From Psammoneis japonica (Eukaryota), in NCBI GenBank assembly GCA_008632985.1, contig QPGO01000189.1, positions 1 to 64,000 of the forward strand: a stretch of 64,000 bases of DNA, in the 5' to 3' direction. Numbering within the stretch: the first letter of the stretch is position 1; each line of letters begins with the position of its first letter. Position numbers and translations under genes: made by a program. Below the pieces are notes generated by a model. That model saw only the letters and a program-made list of their open reading frames with translations, ran no database searches and was not told the origin of the DNA. Below are positions 47,400 through 59,701 of this stretch, in pieces.

Positions 47400-47781
47400 T
47401 CGTCCGCTGTTAACAGCCAGTTTCAGTCCACTGATGTCACCACAAATTCCAACAGCAGAAGTGGCGGACAGCCATGGACAAGTTGTGAGTGGCAGGACTG
47501 TCAGCTGCAAGAAGCAAGTCGTTGTTGCTTTGTCATCATCAGGGAAAGAGACCAGCAGCCCCACAGCTTTTTTCTCCTTCTTCACCCGACTTTCTCAAGA
47601 AGCACCTTGCTGGCAACTTTTCACGCACGAACACTTGCCCAACAAGATGCTGAGGTTGTTGTTAACGGGTTGGCCTTTTGTGATGGAGTGCAGATGGGCA
47701 TGCTGCAATCCAAACTGGACCCCAGGCAGCAGCAGCAGACAGCAGCACACACACACACACACACAACACACACCCCCACAC

Positions 47782-47819
<38 letters not shown>

Positions 47820-48580
47820 ACCCCGCTGCAGCAGCAGCCCAGCCCACACTCTTTCTGTGATGATGCATTTGAGAGATCTCCATCATTTGCTGTTTTTTTC
47901 TGGCAGCTTCAAATGAGCTTTTGTGTGTGTGTGTGGTGAGTTGACAACAATGAGCAAAGGATGCCCAACATGGCAGATGCAGTGCCAGCACAGACACCGC
48001 CAAAGCCACAGCCAGCAAAACAATGAAAACAAAGGTTTGCTTTGTCTTTGGCTCAAGCTGTTTTTCCACAAATGAGGAGCCCTCCAAGCACTTTGGATGG
48101 ACACATGCCAGCGCAAAACATGCATGAGTCAATGGCTCGCCTGCTGGAGCTGTTGCACAACTGCTTGTGAGTGCTGGTGATGCCACCGCTGAGAAAGCCC
48201 AGCCATGCTGCACATTGTCACAGAGGAAACAGAGAGACAATGAGTGGGTTGTGTGTGATGAGCCTGGGGTTGTTGGCTGTGCAGGTGAAGAGAGAGAGAG
48301 AGAGACAAAAGCATCGCTGCACAAGGCTCAGTTGCAAAGCACATGGCAACATTTCCGTGTGCAGTGACTGTTGGCCCAGCCACAAAGTTGACATCAAGGG
48401 GCACAATGCAAACAAGCAGCACAGCAAACAAAACAAGTGGCAATGTCAATTCATTCATAACCCCACCACCTACGCACCCACACAGCACACAAGCAAAGCT
48501 TGTCACAGTCACGCCAGGAATGATGATTCTGACTCGCTCTTCTTGCACAAATGCATGCATGCCAACAATCAAGAAGGTCG
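47400..48580. other. Small TpA/CpG-depleted degenerate island with a (CA)n run, a long poly-C tract and (GA)n
   Basis: Very few TA; poly-C at about 47783-47824, CA repeats at about 47745-47782, GA repeats at about 48290-48305. Confidence 0.75.
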
Positions 48581-48736
48581 ACTAGAGCTGCAGTGCTAAC
48601 CGAGGAACACTTAAGAGTGTGCTGTTACATCTAAAAGCATCCCAAGCCCAATAACTTGCAGCAGTTATAATCCAATTATGCATGCATTTTATGAATCCCC
48701 TGTTGTCTGATGCCCCTTTAACCTGTTTTCTTTCCA

Positions 48737-50904
48737 TTATCCCAAAAGGCATGTGTTGCTGTCTGCTTGAAAGCATTCAACAAAATCCATGTTGAGTGGG
48801 CCATCAAAAATCGCAAGCAACTCACAACGCGCTGGAGTTTCTCGTTCGGTGATGAAAGTTCCATCCACTCCACTGATATAATCTTCGAAAGGAAGTAATA
48901 CAATGTTTGGGGCAGCCGCCTCGAAGATGTTGTCGAAGAAGCAGCTCTCTATTAGATTGATCTCGGCACCCTGGTATGCAAGAGACAGAAGACCAACAGT
49001 GCGCTGCAAACGCAAACGAGAAGAAGACCGAAAGATCAGATTGTGACAAGAAAAACGATGTCAAGTTTAAGTTTGCAATTTTTGAGACGACTTACACCTT
49101 CTGGGCCGTGTCTGAGATATGTATTGTCCTCAAAAAGGCAACGATCGAAAATGGTAAATACGTCCCCATTCATGGTTAGCATACCAGGAAGATCAAATGG
49201 AGATGTTGCATTGCCACTTCCCGTGTTATTCTGTCACAGCCAATATTTCAGAGAGTGCATTTCATTCATTAGGCATGTTTGGATATACTATCATGTAATG
49301 CAAGTGAGAACTGATCGTAAAGCTTACCAGAAAGACGCAATCCTCAAACAATACGTCAAGTACGTCATCGGCTGTCGGTTCACGCAGTACTCTACTACGA
49401 CCGGGACCCTCCAACTTTCTGTTGTCGAAACTACGCAAAAAACTTTCTGGCGACGGTATAAGGGACGGGTCGAGTCCGCCGTACTCGTCGGCACCAAAGA
49501 ACCAGTTAAAGACGACAACATTGTAGCTGAAAAAGTCCTGTAACGAGACAAGAGGAACAGAATTTTCACGAAGGATTAGTGAACTTATGGCCGGATGAGA
49601 GATATACTGCAGCTTCAGTCTTACCTGAAAAACACAGTCCGATATTGTCATGTTCCCTGGTAAGAAATCAATGAGTATGGCATTCTGGTCGAGATCCACA
49701 AACGTGAACCCAGAGACAAATACATTCTCCAAAACGTCTGACTGGTCCATGTCAGAAGCTCGCATGCCATATAATCCATTGGTAACTAAGCAATTGTTTG
49801 AGCTAGCCCCAGTTACTCCGCATCGGACTTCCATGTTCGGTTTTATGATCAAGAAATCGTTGTCTCCTGTTTCAATAATACCATTGGGACAATCTCATAT
49901 GATCTCACTTGTGTAATATCTTCATTTTCATCAAGTTCATTGATTTGAGCGAAACTAGGGACGCATGTGGGAGTCTCTGTTGGAGCTGCTGTAGGGGATA
50001 TGGTGGGTACCACGGAAGGACTACTTGTAGGTGCTGCTGTTGGCATATTGGAAGGTTCCGCAGTAGGTGTCAAAGTGGGCACTGTTGATGGGGGTTCCGA
50101 CCCCACAGGAACTTCAGTTGGAGCTGACGTTGGGATCAATGAAGGCATCGTCGACGGCTGTTGAGACCCGACCGGAGTCATCGATGGGGGCTGCGACCCA
50201 ATAGGATCCTCTGTTGGCGTTGTAGTGGGTGTCACTGTGGGTGTCGTCGATGGAGGCTGCGAGTCCATATCATCAGTCGTTGGTGTTTGAGTTGGTTCCA
50301 ACGTAGGAGTCACGGTTGGTGTTACGTTGGGTGTCGTAGTAGGCAGCGGGGGTGGGGGGTCTATGGTCTCTGTTGGGCTCTGTGTTGACTCGGGTGTCGG
50401 AGCGGGAGTTGGCATGGACGTCGGCTCCCCCGGAGTCGGTGTGGGACCCGGCGACGGCATGGGTGTGGGCTCCTCAGGTGTTGGCGAAGGTGCTCTAGTC
50501 GGAAATCTCGATTTTTTTGTGGGTACATGAGGAAAGAATTTTTTCAACGGGACATAGTGGGGCTTCGTGATTTTTTTAACTTTCTTTTTGCCCTTCTTCT
50601 TTCCCTTCATCTTTTTGCCCGCCTTCTTTCCTCCGTAGGAATGCTTCCCCCCAACGCCCTTTATGCCATACCCATACTTCGTTGTCGGGAGCTTTGGATA
50701 CTTCGGTTTGAAATATTTCCAAGGGACAACTGGCTTCTTTTTTGGGGTGAAGAAATGGAAACCTGGCACATGTTTCCTCACGTACCGGTATCCGCCACCG
50801 CCACCCTTTTTCCCTCGCGTTCCCGCTCCCTTTTTGCCGCCGTATGCGATGACTTCGTTGTTGAGAAAAACCAACACTAGAACAAGAGTTACTCTAAACT
50901 TCAT
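48737..50904 (-). CDS. Secreted K/G/Y-rich, Pro/Thr-rich protein with a conserved C-terminal domain, paralogue 2 (multi-exon)
   Basis: Signal MKFRVTLVLVLVFLNNEVIA-YGGKKG, then KKGKKK tracts, a PTPxPT linker, CVPSFAQINELDE...RSYEI, PNMEVRCG..GASSNNCLVTNG, GFTF, ISDCVFQ|GTAAG and SCFFDNIF...CFQADSNTC. Confidence 0.8.
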
Positions 50905-51553
50905 GGTGGAATCAACAAATAAGGATGCAGAGTCTTTTTGATCGTTACGGAAAGGGTATTCTGCCTTTTCTGTGAGTGGCGTGTGCGTTGTGTCCCGTTT
51001 TTTTCGGCCAAAAATGTGAGCTATATGCGTTGAGTTGATATTTGTATTAATTCATTAAAATAACTACAAAAAAGTTGCCTAATACCTGTATAAAGAATAA
51101 TGGTCACGCTTGCATTTAGAAGTAGATACTAAAATATATTATTGGCAGCAGAGTACATTTTAAAAATCCTGCATTTCCGGCCGTCGGAGTCTGCGCACCC
51201 TTCTATTATACTAGACTATTTTCAAATTTGGGCTTGGCTTCTTTCAGCATTTTCATCGTTTTCAATTGAGTATGAGCAGTTTGTTGCTTTCTGTTTATCC
51301 TCCACCCTCCATCATCTTCGTGACATTGAAATTATTAGACCACTGCATTGGTTATTGCATACAATGAAAAGTCACAAATAATAATGTTTCAACTAGAATC
51401 AATGAATAATCACTTAGGTCTACGTCAAACGTCTTTTGTAAAGAATCCCCAGAGGTGCGCCATGATGACAGTGCTTCTGTTCCAAATGATGTGACTGCTC
51501 CATCTTAACAATAACTGCATTCAGGAGTCCCCATTACTGACATTAGCTACCTA

Positions 51554-53537
51554 TCATGGCCCCAAAACGCAAGAGTCGGTATCTGCGTCAACGCATGTAA
51601 CCACTGTAGCGTTTGTAACTTCGTCAACTTCAAGGATTGCGAGCAGGCTACATTCGGCATCAGGATCCACCGGGTCAATATAAGTTTCATCGACACCGGA
51701 ACCTTCAATTGAGGGTGTAAATACTACATTCGGAGACGGGAAATCAAATTCGTTATCAATAAAACAGCATCTTTCGAAAAATATTGCGCCACCGCCATCT
51801 GATGCGACAAGAACGCCTCGTGTCTACATCAAGACAAAGGAACAGTGAAGAATTAGTAGACATTTCAATCGACTAGCTGCACGCATGATTTCGATTCACT
51901 TACAGCATCTCCGTTCATGACAAATGTATTGTCTTGGAAAAGACATCCCGAAAATCTGCTTAATACGTCACCAGTAGAAACGACCAATCCAGGTTCGAAG
52001 AATGGTTGCGGGGCAATTCCACCACCGGTGTTATCCTGTTAAGCAAGAAAGTGGACATCAGGCATTCTGCTCATTTATGTGCTCAAATTGAGTAGCGATC
52101 CACATCTTAATTCTCTTACCTTGAAGTCACAATCTACGTACGTCATACTTAAAATGTCACCATAGTCGACCGGATCATAAAAAACATCAATGACACTGTA
52201 GCTTGCAAAATTCTGTGTTTTAAAAGGAGAAAAAGTATAAGTCGAATGACCAGGTCAAAAGTCTTGCGCGAAAGAACTCTACTCACCTGAAATACACAAT
52301 CTTTAATCATCACATCTCCTGGAGTAGAATCAAAAAGTATGGCATCCACATCAAGACCGTCAAACGTGAACCCAGAAACGAGAACATCCGGAAGAGTTCC
52401 AAGCGTGTTGTTCACGGCAACCATGCCAAACTCTCCATCAGTGATCAAGCAATTGCTTGTCCGTTCTCCTTCGGGTCCACATCTAACGGTCATGCGTGGG
52501 TTCAAGACCAATGCATCGTCAAGTCCAGTCTGAATGATAGTGTCGGAACATATCTCGTAGGATCTCTCTTGATCAAAGTCCGCGTCTAGTTCAATGTCAT
52601 TGATTGAAGCAAAATCAGTAAAACATTCAGCGCCGTTTGGCGTTGGTGCTGGTGTAGGAGCCAACGTAGGACTTGGGGTTGGCGGCGTCGTGTCACTGCC
52701 GTTTGGCGTGGGAGCTGGTGTAGGACTTGGGGTTGGCGGCGTCGTGTCACTGCCGTTTGGCGTGGGCGCTGGTGTGGGAGTGCCTGTAGGAGCCGGCGTA
52801 GGACTTGGCGTTGGCGGCGTCGGGCCGATAGGCGTGGGTGCTGGTGTCGGTGGAGGTGTAGGTTCCCCCGGAGGTGAAGGAATCGATGGTGATGGCATGG
52901 AAGTTGGCTCAGGTGACGTTGAAGGCGAAGGTGGCCTTGTCGTAGGACTCGGTATCTTCTTGGGCACAGGAGCAAAGAATTTCTTGGGAGGTACAGCATG
53001 AGGCCGAACGAACTTTTTAATGATTTTCTTTCCCTTCTTCTTTTTGAATTTCTTAACCTTCTTATATCCGTATTTCTTGCCCTTCTTATATCCGAGTTTC
53101 TTGAACTTCTTCTTGCCCAACTTCTTTCCTAGTTTTTTCTTCCCCTTTATCATTTTCCCTCCTGGATTTTTCACGATATTCTTCTTCACAGTCGGGCTCT
53201 TGTAGTAGTCGTACTTCATTGGTGGATAGGCGCCTTTGATTGGCGTCTTCTTTGGTGGCTGTGGTTTGAAATGGTTCCAAAATGAGGTACCTGGACTCTT
53301 TTTTGGCGGAATCTTTATTGGAGGAAACTTGATTGGTGGGCCCTTTTTTGGTGCGTTATACTTGTAAGGGAAGCCGTGCCCACCACCTTTCTTGCCGTAG
53401 CCACCACCTCTCTTTCCGTAAATACCCCCGTGCTTATGCTTGTGCGCTCCCTTTTTGCCGTGGTGGCCATAGTATCCGCAAACTTCATTGTTCCAGAGAA
53501 GTAGCACCAGGGCTACGAAGCGAACTGTTTTCATCAT
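51554..53537 (-). CDS. Secreted K/G/Y-rich, Pro/Thr-rich protein with a conserved C-terminal domain, paralogue 3 (multi-exon)
   Basis: Signal MMKTVRFVALVLLLWNNEVCG-YYG, then KKLG/KKG tracts, tandem PTPNGSDTTPPTPSPT and CFTDFASINDIE.DAD...RSYEIC. Intron 52286-52213 (GTGAGT...ACAG) gives an in-frame NFASYSVIDVF...DCDFK exon. The last exon ends ADTDSCVLGP*. Confidence 0.82.
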
Positions 53538-54039
53538 GGATGAGAGAGAATGGTGCCGTTGACAGCTAGCAATGTGTTGTGAGCGTTATGGATGATGTTG
53601 CCTTGTTTCATTTTGTTTTTCCTGCCAAAATTGTGAGGAAGGAGCGTTGAGGTGTATTCACTATATACATACGAATATGTCCATTCCTAATGATGTATTC
53701 GAATTCTAATACTTTTATAGAAGTTGATATCCGTCGAAAGAACTTTCCGTCTGTCATTCCGCCCCTCCACGTGTGGTACGCGATGGATGATGGATGCACG
53801 ATGAGGTGCTGATGAGTGCTGACGCGATTTCAAAAACGTCAACAAAAAATCACAAAGCGCCGCACTTCGCCGTCTCATTTACGATGTCGTGTATGTGTCT
53901 TACACCGGCATTCAGTTGATTGATAGGCAGCAACAGCACCAACAAGAAAGCAGCATACTGACGTTCAGATAAATTTACTTTAAATTTCCGGCGGAACCGT
54001 GCATGCAATGTGTCAACACGACGCGTCTGAACCAAGTGC

Positions 54040-57000
54040 AATGACTACAAATAATCATCACGAAAGTGCGTCTGAACCAAATGTCGTAGCGGATGCTATA
54101 CCACACGAAAGTGACAGCATTGAAGAGATATCTACATCACATAAGGATCGTCCAGCGAATCCGTATGTAGAAGCATCTCTCTTTTCAAAACTGCTCTTTA
54201 CGTGGCCGTACAGCTTGCTGAAATTAGGTATGGAGCGTCCCATTGAAGAAGAAGACTTACCAAATATCATGGACGTCGACAAATCAAAAGAGAACCGAAG
54301 TCACTTTCAGAAGCTATGGGAAAAAGAATGCCGTCGATCGAAAAAGCCCAGTTTGCACCGTGCTTTGCTGCAGGACTTTGTAAAGAGCTTGTGGTATGTT
54401 CAGCCAATGATGTGTGCCTCCACCACGGCAAAAGTTGTTCAGTCCCTCGCATTGGGCGGTTAGTTGAGGCTATTGACAATGACGACAAAAGTAGCAACGA
54501 GGGCTATTTATGGGCCGGAGTGTTGAGCTTTTGCGCCATGGTGGTCCTGTTTGAGCATCATCACGTCTTTTTTATCACGTGGCGCAAGGGCATGAGATTG
54601 CGAATTGCGTCGGTTGCAATGATTTATGAAAAGTGTCTGCGCTTGTCCTCGACACAAAGTGGTAGTACCTCCTCCTTGACTGCGAGCTCGGGGCAAGTTA
54701 TCAACCTTGCCACTAACGACGTGAACAGGTTCTTGATGGCTGCCTTGTTTATATTCTACTTGTTTTGGGCCCCCCTTCAGTCGATTGCCATTTTGTTTAT
54801 CGGCATGGCAGTTCTCTCTTGGGCCTTTTTGTTTGGGTTCCTCTTGCTGATACTTGTCTTTGTCCCGTTACAATTCTTTCTGAGCCAAAAGTTTGCCCAG
54901 TATCGCTCCAAGGTTGCCGCTGTTACAGACCGTCGCGTAACCCTGCTATCCCAGGCAATTTATGGAGTGCGCGTCATGAAGATGAGTGGATGGGAAGAAC
55001 AGTTTCAAAAACGCATTCAACAGATACGAGAGGAAGAAATCCATGTGATTACAAAGCCAATCGTCTCAAGGCTTGGAACGAGGCCCTCTTCTTCTCGGCC
55101 AATGTCGTGATTGCCATTGTTGTTTTTGTGATTCATGTTTTTTGGTTGGGCAAAACTCTGACTCCAGGCGTCGTCTTTGCGACAATGAGCTTGATCAATA
55201 TTGTTCAAATTGAAATGACCAAACATGTTTCCCTGGCTGTCATGGGCGTGTCGGAGTGCTACGTGTCTGTTACAAGAATACAAAAGTTTTTGGAATTCCC
55301 AGAGATCGAACTGGGGGACAGCGGTGATCGAGCGGAACAAGAAAAGCAAAATAAGCTACAAGAGAGCACATCTTGTAATGATCGCAGTGACACCAAGACG
55401 GTCATGTCCTTGTCGAACGCCACTTGCTATTGGAATGAGGAGTTACACAACGAAAGCGTCGCTTCAACCTCGAAACATAGCCAAATGACAATGACAGCTG
55501 ACACCAAATTCAAGAGGATCACGAGAAGGATACCGACTTTTGCCACCGGGGAGATAATAACGTCTTTTGTGGCGCTAGACAGGATATCGCTCAAGCTCTA
55601 TTCTGGTCAGTTGACATGCATCATGGCACAGTGGGTAGTGGCAAAAGCGCTTTGATACAAGCACTCGTCGGTGAGCTACCTGTTTCATCAGGTAGTTTTG
55701 TTCAAGATTGCAATAGCACCAATTGCATATGCTTCACAAGATCCTTGGATCATGGATGGAACGGTTAGAGAGAATATCATTTTTGGAAAAGAATTGGATC
55801 AAGAATGGTATGATCAGGTCGTAAAATCATGTGGACTGCTCATTGACTTTCCAGCAGTTCCGAAATGGGGATTTGACGATCGTTGGTGATCGGGGCGTTC
55901 AATGTAGTGGTGGTCAGCGAGCACGGATTGGTTTGGCACGAGCGTTATACCGAGATGCATCCACCCTCATTGTGGATGACCCCCTCTCCGCAGTTGACGC
56001 CAAAGTGGGGCGAATCATTTTCCGCGAAGCTATTTTGGGTCTCGGAGTGGAACGAGGCAAATGTGTGGTTTTGGCCACACACCAGCACCAATATGTTGGT
56101 GACTATCGTTGTGTGCTTATGGTGAGCGGTAGAATAGAATGCGATGGGTCGTATGAGGACTGTGTGAAAGCATCTGCGGGCAAGCTAACAGCGCATGCCG
56201 CTGATGACGACGAGAATGAAGTGGCGTCTTCAGACGCAGGAAGTCAAGCTAACGAAGGCAACGTGATCATCGATGCTGTAGCTAGCGATGCCAAAGCTGC
56301 CGATGCTGATTTGAAAGAGGGTACTGCTCAAGAAGATGCTGACGAAGACGTTCAAGAAATGAATGTTACAGGCGTAGTACGGCTTGATACCTACATGAAC
56401 TACGCCCGAGCTATGGGTGGCGTGTGGATGGGCTTCGCGCTATTATTCGTCTTCGCCATTACTCAAGCCTCGGTTCTGATATGCATTGCAATTATTGGAA
56501 GATGGGCAGAGAGGCCCGATGATGAGCAGGTGCGTCAATCCCAATGTGTTGTCGCGTTTTGGTTTTTATCGTTGCATTCTCAAACTCTTGGACTTTTATC
56601 TGCCCCCGCTGTACGACTACACAAAGGACTCGACCGAAATTTTGGGCTTGGTGCTTGGCATGGCATTGCTAGTCATAGTCTTGGCTCTCTTCCGCGCATT
56701 GCTTAGTTTTGCGCTGACCATTAAGGCATCTCAACGACTTCACGACCGCATGACTGCTTCTGTACTCCGGGCAAGGGTTAGTGAGTTTTTTGATGTCAAT
56801 CCAGCTGGTCGTATCTTGAATCGCTTTTCTGCAGATGTGGGCAGCAACGACGACCTTTTGCCCCACACCTCTTTGATTTTTTGATGACGGCGTTTATCGT
56901 GTTGGGTGCGGTGATCACTGCTATTACCGTGCTGCCATTTACACTGGTCATCATTCCGCCTCTGCTATGCTATTTTCTGGCGGTACGACGAATCTTTGTT

Positions 57001-58275
57001 ACGACTACAAGAGAACTCAAACGTCTCGAAGGTATAGCGCGCTCCCCCATCTTTGCCATGCTGAGCGAGTCCCTCAGCGGCATCGCCACAATCCGAGCCA
57101 ACAATGCTTTGAGCTACTTCAAGAAGAAATTTGATGAAATTCACGACGCCCATACTCGGGCTTTCTTTTCCTTCATTTCAAGTTCGCGGTGGGTGGGATT
57201 TCGAATGGATGGGCTCATGTTTCTATTCTTAAGCGCGTGTAGTTTTCTCGCCGTGCTCTTTAATCAACAAGGCTGGTTCAATGTGGATGCAGCGGTTCTG
57301 GGTCTGGCGCTCACCATGCTTTTGCAACTAGCGGGGATATTTCAGTGGTGCATTCGTCAAAGTGCTGAAGTGGACAACCAAATGGTATCTGTTGAACGTG
57401 TGCTGGGCTTTGGTCAGTTGCCCCCAGAGGCACCGCTTGTCCTTGAGTCCGATGCGGACTTGACGAACAACGATTGGCCTCACGAGGGATCCATTGAAGT
57501 GAAAGACCTTTCCGTACGCTACAGATCTACCTTACCCTTGTCGCTGAAGAACGTGTCTTTTCGTATTGAACCAGGCCAGCGCGTGGGGGTGGTTGGACGA
57601 ACCGGATCAGGCAAGTCAACGCTTGTGCAGTCCTTGTTTCGACTACTGGAAGCTCAAGACGGATCAATTCACATGGACGGAGTAGATATCGCCAAGGTGG
57701 GTCTACATACACTTCGTACCAAAATTTCGGTGATTCCGCAGATTCCCGTGTTGTTCAGTGGGTGCACCGTACGGGAAAACCTAGATCCGTTTCAAAAGCA
57801 CTCTGATCAAAGTCTCCGCGAAGCCCTTGAAGATGTTCACATGGCCAAAGTACTCGATGACTTACCCGAAGGCTGGAATAGCATGGTTTCCGAAGGCGGC
57901 TCGAACTTTTCTGTAGGACAACGACAGCTCTTGTGTTTGGCACGAGCCATTCTGTGCAAAAACAAAATTTTGGTGCTGGACGAACCAACCGCCAATGTGG
58001 ATCGACGAACCGATGACCTATTGCACCAAGCTCTTGAAAAGAGTTTCCAGGACTCCACCATTCTCTCCGTAGCACACCGTCTCGACACTGTGATTGAAAA
58101 CGACAAGATTTTAGTTTTGGGACACGGGAATGTTTTGGAGTATGGCTCCCCTGCTGAGCTCTTGGATGATTCAAGTGGTCACTTTTCTTCCATGGTTAGT
58201 GACACCGGATCCACCATGGCGCAAGACTTGCGCAGGCGAGCGAACCAGAAGCGCGATGAAAAGAAGGTCGTTTAG
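54040..58275 (+). CDS. ABC transporter subfamily C (MRP-like), full-length TMD-NBD-TMD-NBD
   Basis: NP...ASLFSKLLFTW, GQVINLATNDV, IAYASQDPWI..GTVRENI.FG, VGDRGVQCSGGQRARIGLARALY, DDPLSAVD, GRILNRFSAD, ELKRLEG.ARSP, VSVERV, GVVGRTGSGKST, NFSVGQRQLLCLARA, LDEPTANVD and VAHRL. Several single-base frameshifts and a probable intron at about 56530-56627. Confidence 0.93.
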
Positions 58276-58385
58276 AGAGAGCTACGAATGCTCACTATTT
58301 AAAGGTATAGATAGAATTAGACATTGCTGAACTGCGCGTCTTAATGCGAATTCGTTTGAGTGCTGTACTGCAACCAACAAGCCAA

Positions 58386-59300
58386 CTAGCTCATTATCTT
58401 CCACATTGGTTTCTTTGACTTTTTGGTCGCCGGCGCCGGTCCCTTGTGAACGCGGTGTTTTGATTCCAATTGATACAATACACGATTGAGCTGCCTCGTG
58501 TCCGGACGAATGCCTTCGTTCATCTTTCTACGAATCTCCAATACATTCATGCTTGTCTTTTCCTTGCATAGAATCTCCTGTACAATGGTGGCAATATCAT
58601 CATCCGTCACGTCGTCCATGCGAATGGAAATGACAGGCGACGTAGATAACGTCTTGATGCTTGTGTTGTCCTTGTTCTTTTTGCCAAACACATAGACACG
58701 AGCATCGCGGTGTTGGACGGTAGCAACTCCGTTCTTTTCTCCCTTGGTAGATCGATGCACATAACCAGGAAAGAGACTCGTGTCGAGCTTGTGATTGGAC
58801 AGTGGCTCAATCTGAAACTTTTGCTCAAAGAATTGCGGAAAACTCCAAGCGTTGTAGGGCATGCTCGTTTTCAGGGTGATTTGAATCTCGCCGTTTCGCT
58901 TCAAGAGGTGTTGCGATGAGAGGAGGAAATCTTCAATCAATTTCTTATTGTCACGAATGGATTTTGTGTTTGCACCACCGCGAATATAATTGGGAGCTCC
59001 CGTATGAGGAAAGGTAAACATGATAATGTCAAACTTTTCTTGGGACAGCCTCTTGTCGTTGTGGAGATTCGTGGCATCGACTTGAAAAAGAACAGTCAAT
59101 CCAGCACTTTGGAGAATCTTGATATTGTCCTTTGCCTTGGAATACTTGTTCAGTACCGTTTTTTCAGAGTCATAAAAGGTCGTGACGATGTTGCGGTGGC
59201 CCTTTTTGAAGATCGACACTTGTTGCGATCCATCGCCACTCCCCACCGACAAAATACGCTTCTCCGCAGCTCGAAGCGTGGTCGACAACAAGTCGCTCAT
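58386..59300 (-). CDS. DUF2431/BMT5-like (25S rRNA uridine-N3 methyltransferase-like) domain fused to a C-terminal Z-alpha-like winged helix
   Basis: N-terminal part has RILSVGSGDGS, VTTFYDSE..V..KY, LFQVDAT.L, FDII.FTFPHTG, L...F..S...L...GEIQITLK...PY..W and FPGY.H. C-terminal part has QLNRVLYQLE...VHK......KPMWKI. Confidence 0.8.
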   Translation of the reverse strand: MSDLLSTTLRAAEKRILSVGSGDGSQQVSIFKKGHRNIVTTFYDSEKTVLNKYSKAKDNIKILQSAGLTVLFQVDATNLHNDKRLSQEKFDIIMFTFPHTGAPNYIRGGANTKSIRDNKKLIEDFLLSSQHLLKRNGEIQITLKTSMPYNAWSFPQFFEQKFQIEPLSNHKLDTSLFPGYVHRSTKGEKNGVATVQHRDARVYVFGKKNKDNTSIKTLSTSPVISIRMDDVTDDDIATIVQEILCKEKTSMNVLEIRRKMNEGIRPDTRQLNRVLYQLESKHRVHKGPAPATKKSKKPMWKIMS

Positions 59301-59527
59301 GCCTCAGCTCTGTTTCAATAGAGTAGCAGGTACGCATAGAATGAACCATTGTATCAAGCGTTGTGTGCATCGTTCACTCGAAAACTTGAGATTGCAATGG
59401 GGGTGATAGAACTACTTGTAGGCCCTCTACTAGAGGGCCCTAGCTAGAGAGTAACCTTAGGTGTTAGGTGATGTCGCGACGGTTCAGCAGGGTGAGTTTT
59501 TATTGTAGAATTTTTTTCAATTTTGAA

Positions 59528-59561
59528 TGACGTGGGAGTTCAGGACGTCATATTTACGTCA
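59528..59561. promoter_or_regulatory. Cluster of three TGACGT/ACGTCA motifs in a divergent promoter
   Basis: TGACGT at 59528-59533, ACGTCA at 59545-59550 and ACGTCA at 59556-59561, between head-to-head genes starting at 59300 (-) and 59702 (+). Confidence 0.45.
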
Positions 59562-59701
59562 CAAAACTCGATTTTAAAAAGCTTCATACACGAAAATAGA
59601 ATACCGCAACGCCGCCCACACCCACCGCGGCAAGCGGCAACATCCTGAGTTCATCGCCATTCGCCATTCATCAACCTGTTGGTGTTCTTAGCACGGCCAC
59701 C

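Noticed and set aside
47783..47824. Poly-C tract giving poly-Pro/poly-Gly ORFs
   Set aside because: Simple repeat of uncertain assembled length.
54040..58275. Multiple frameshifts in the ABCC gene (also in the hydrolase, kinase and K-rich genes) as programmed frameshifting or pseudogenisation
   Set aside because: Single-base losses, often in homopolymers, with all motifs intact are most simply explained as long-read assembly indels.
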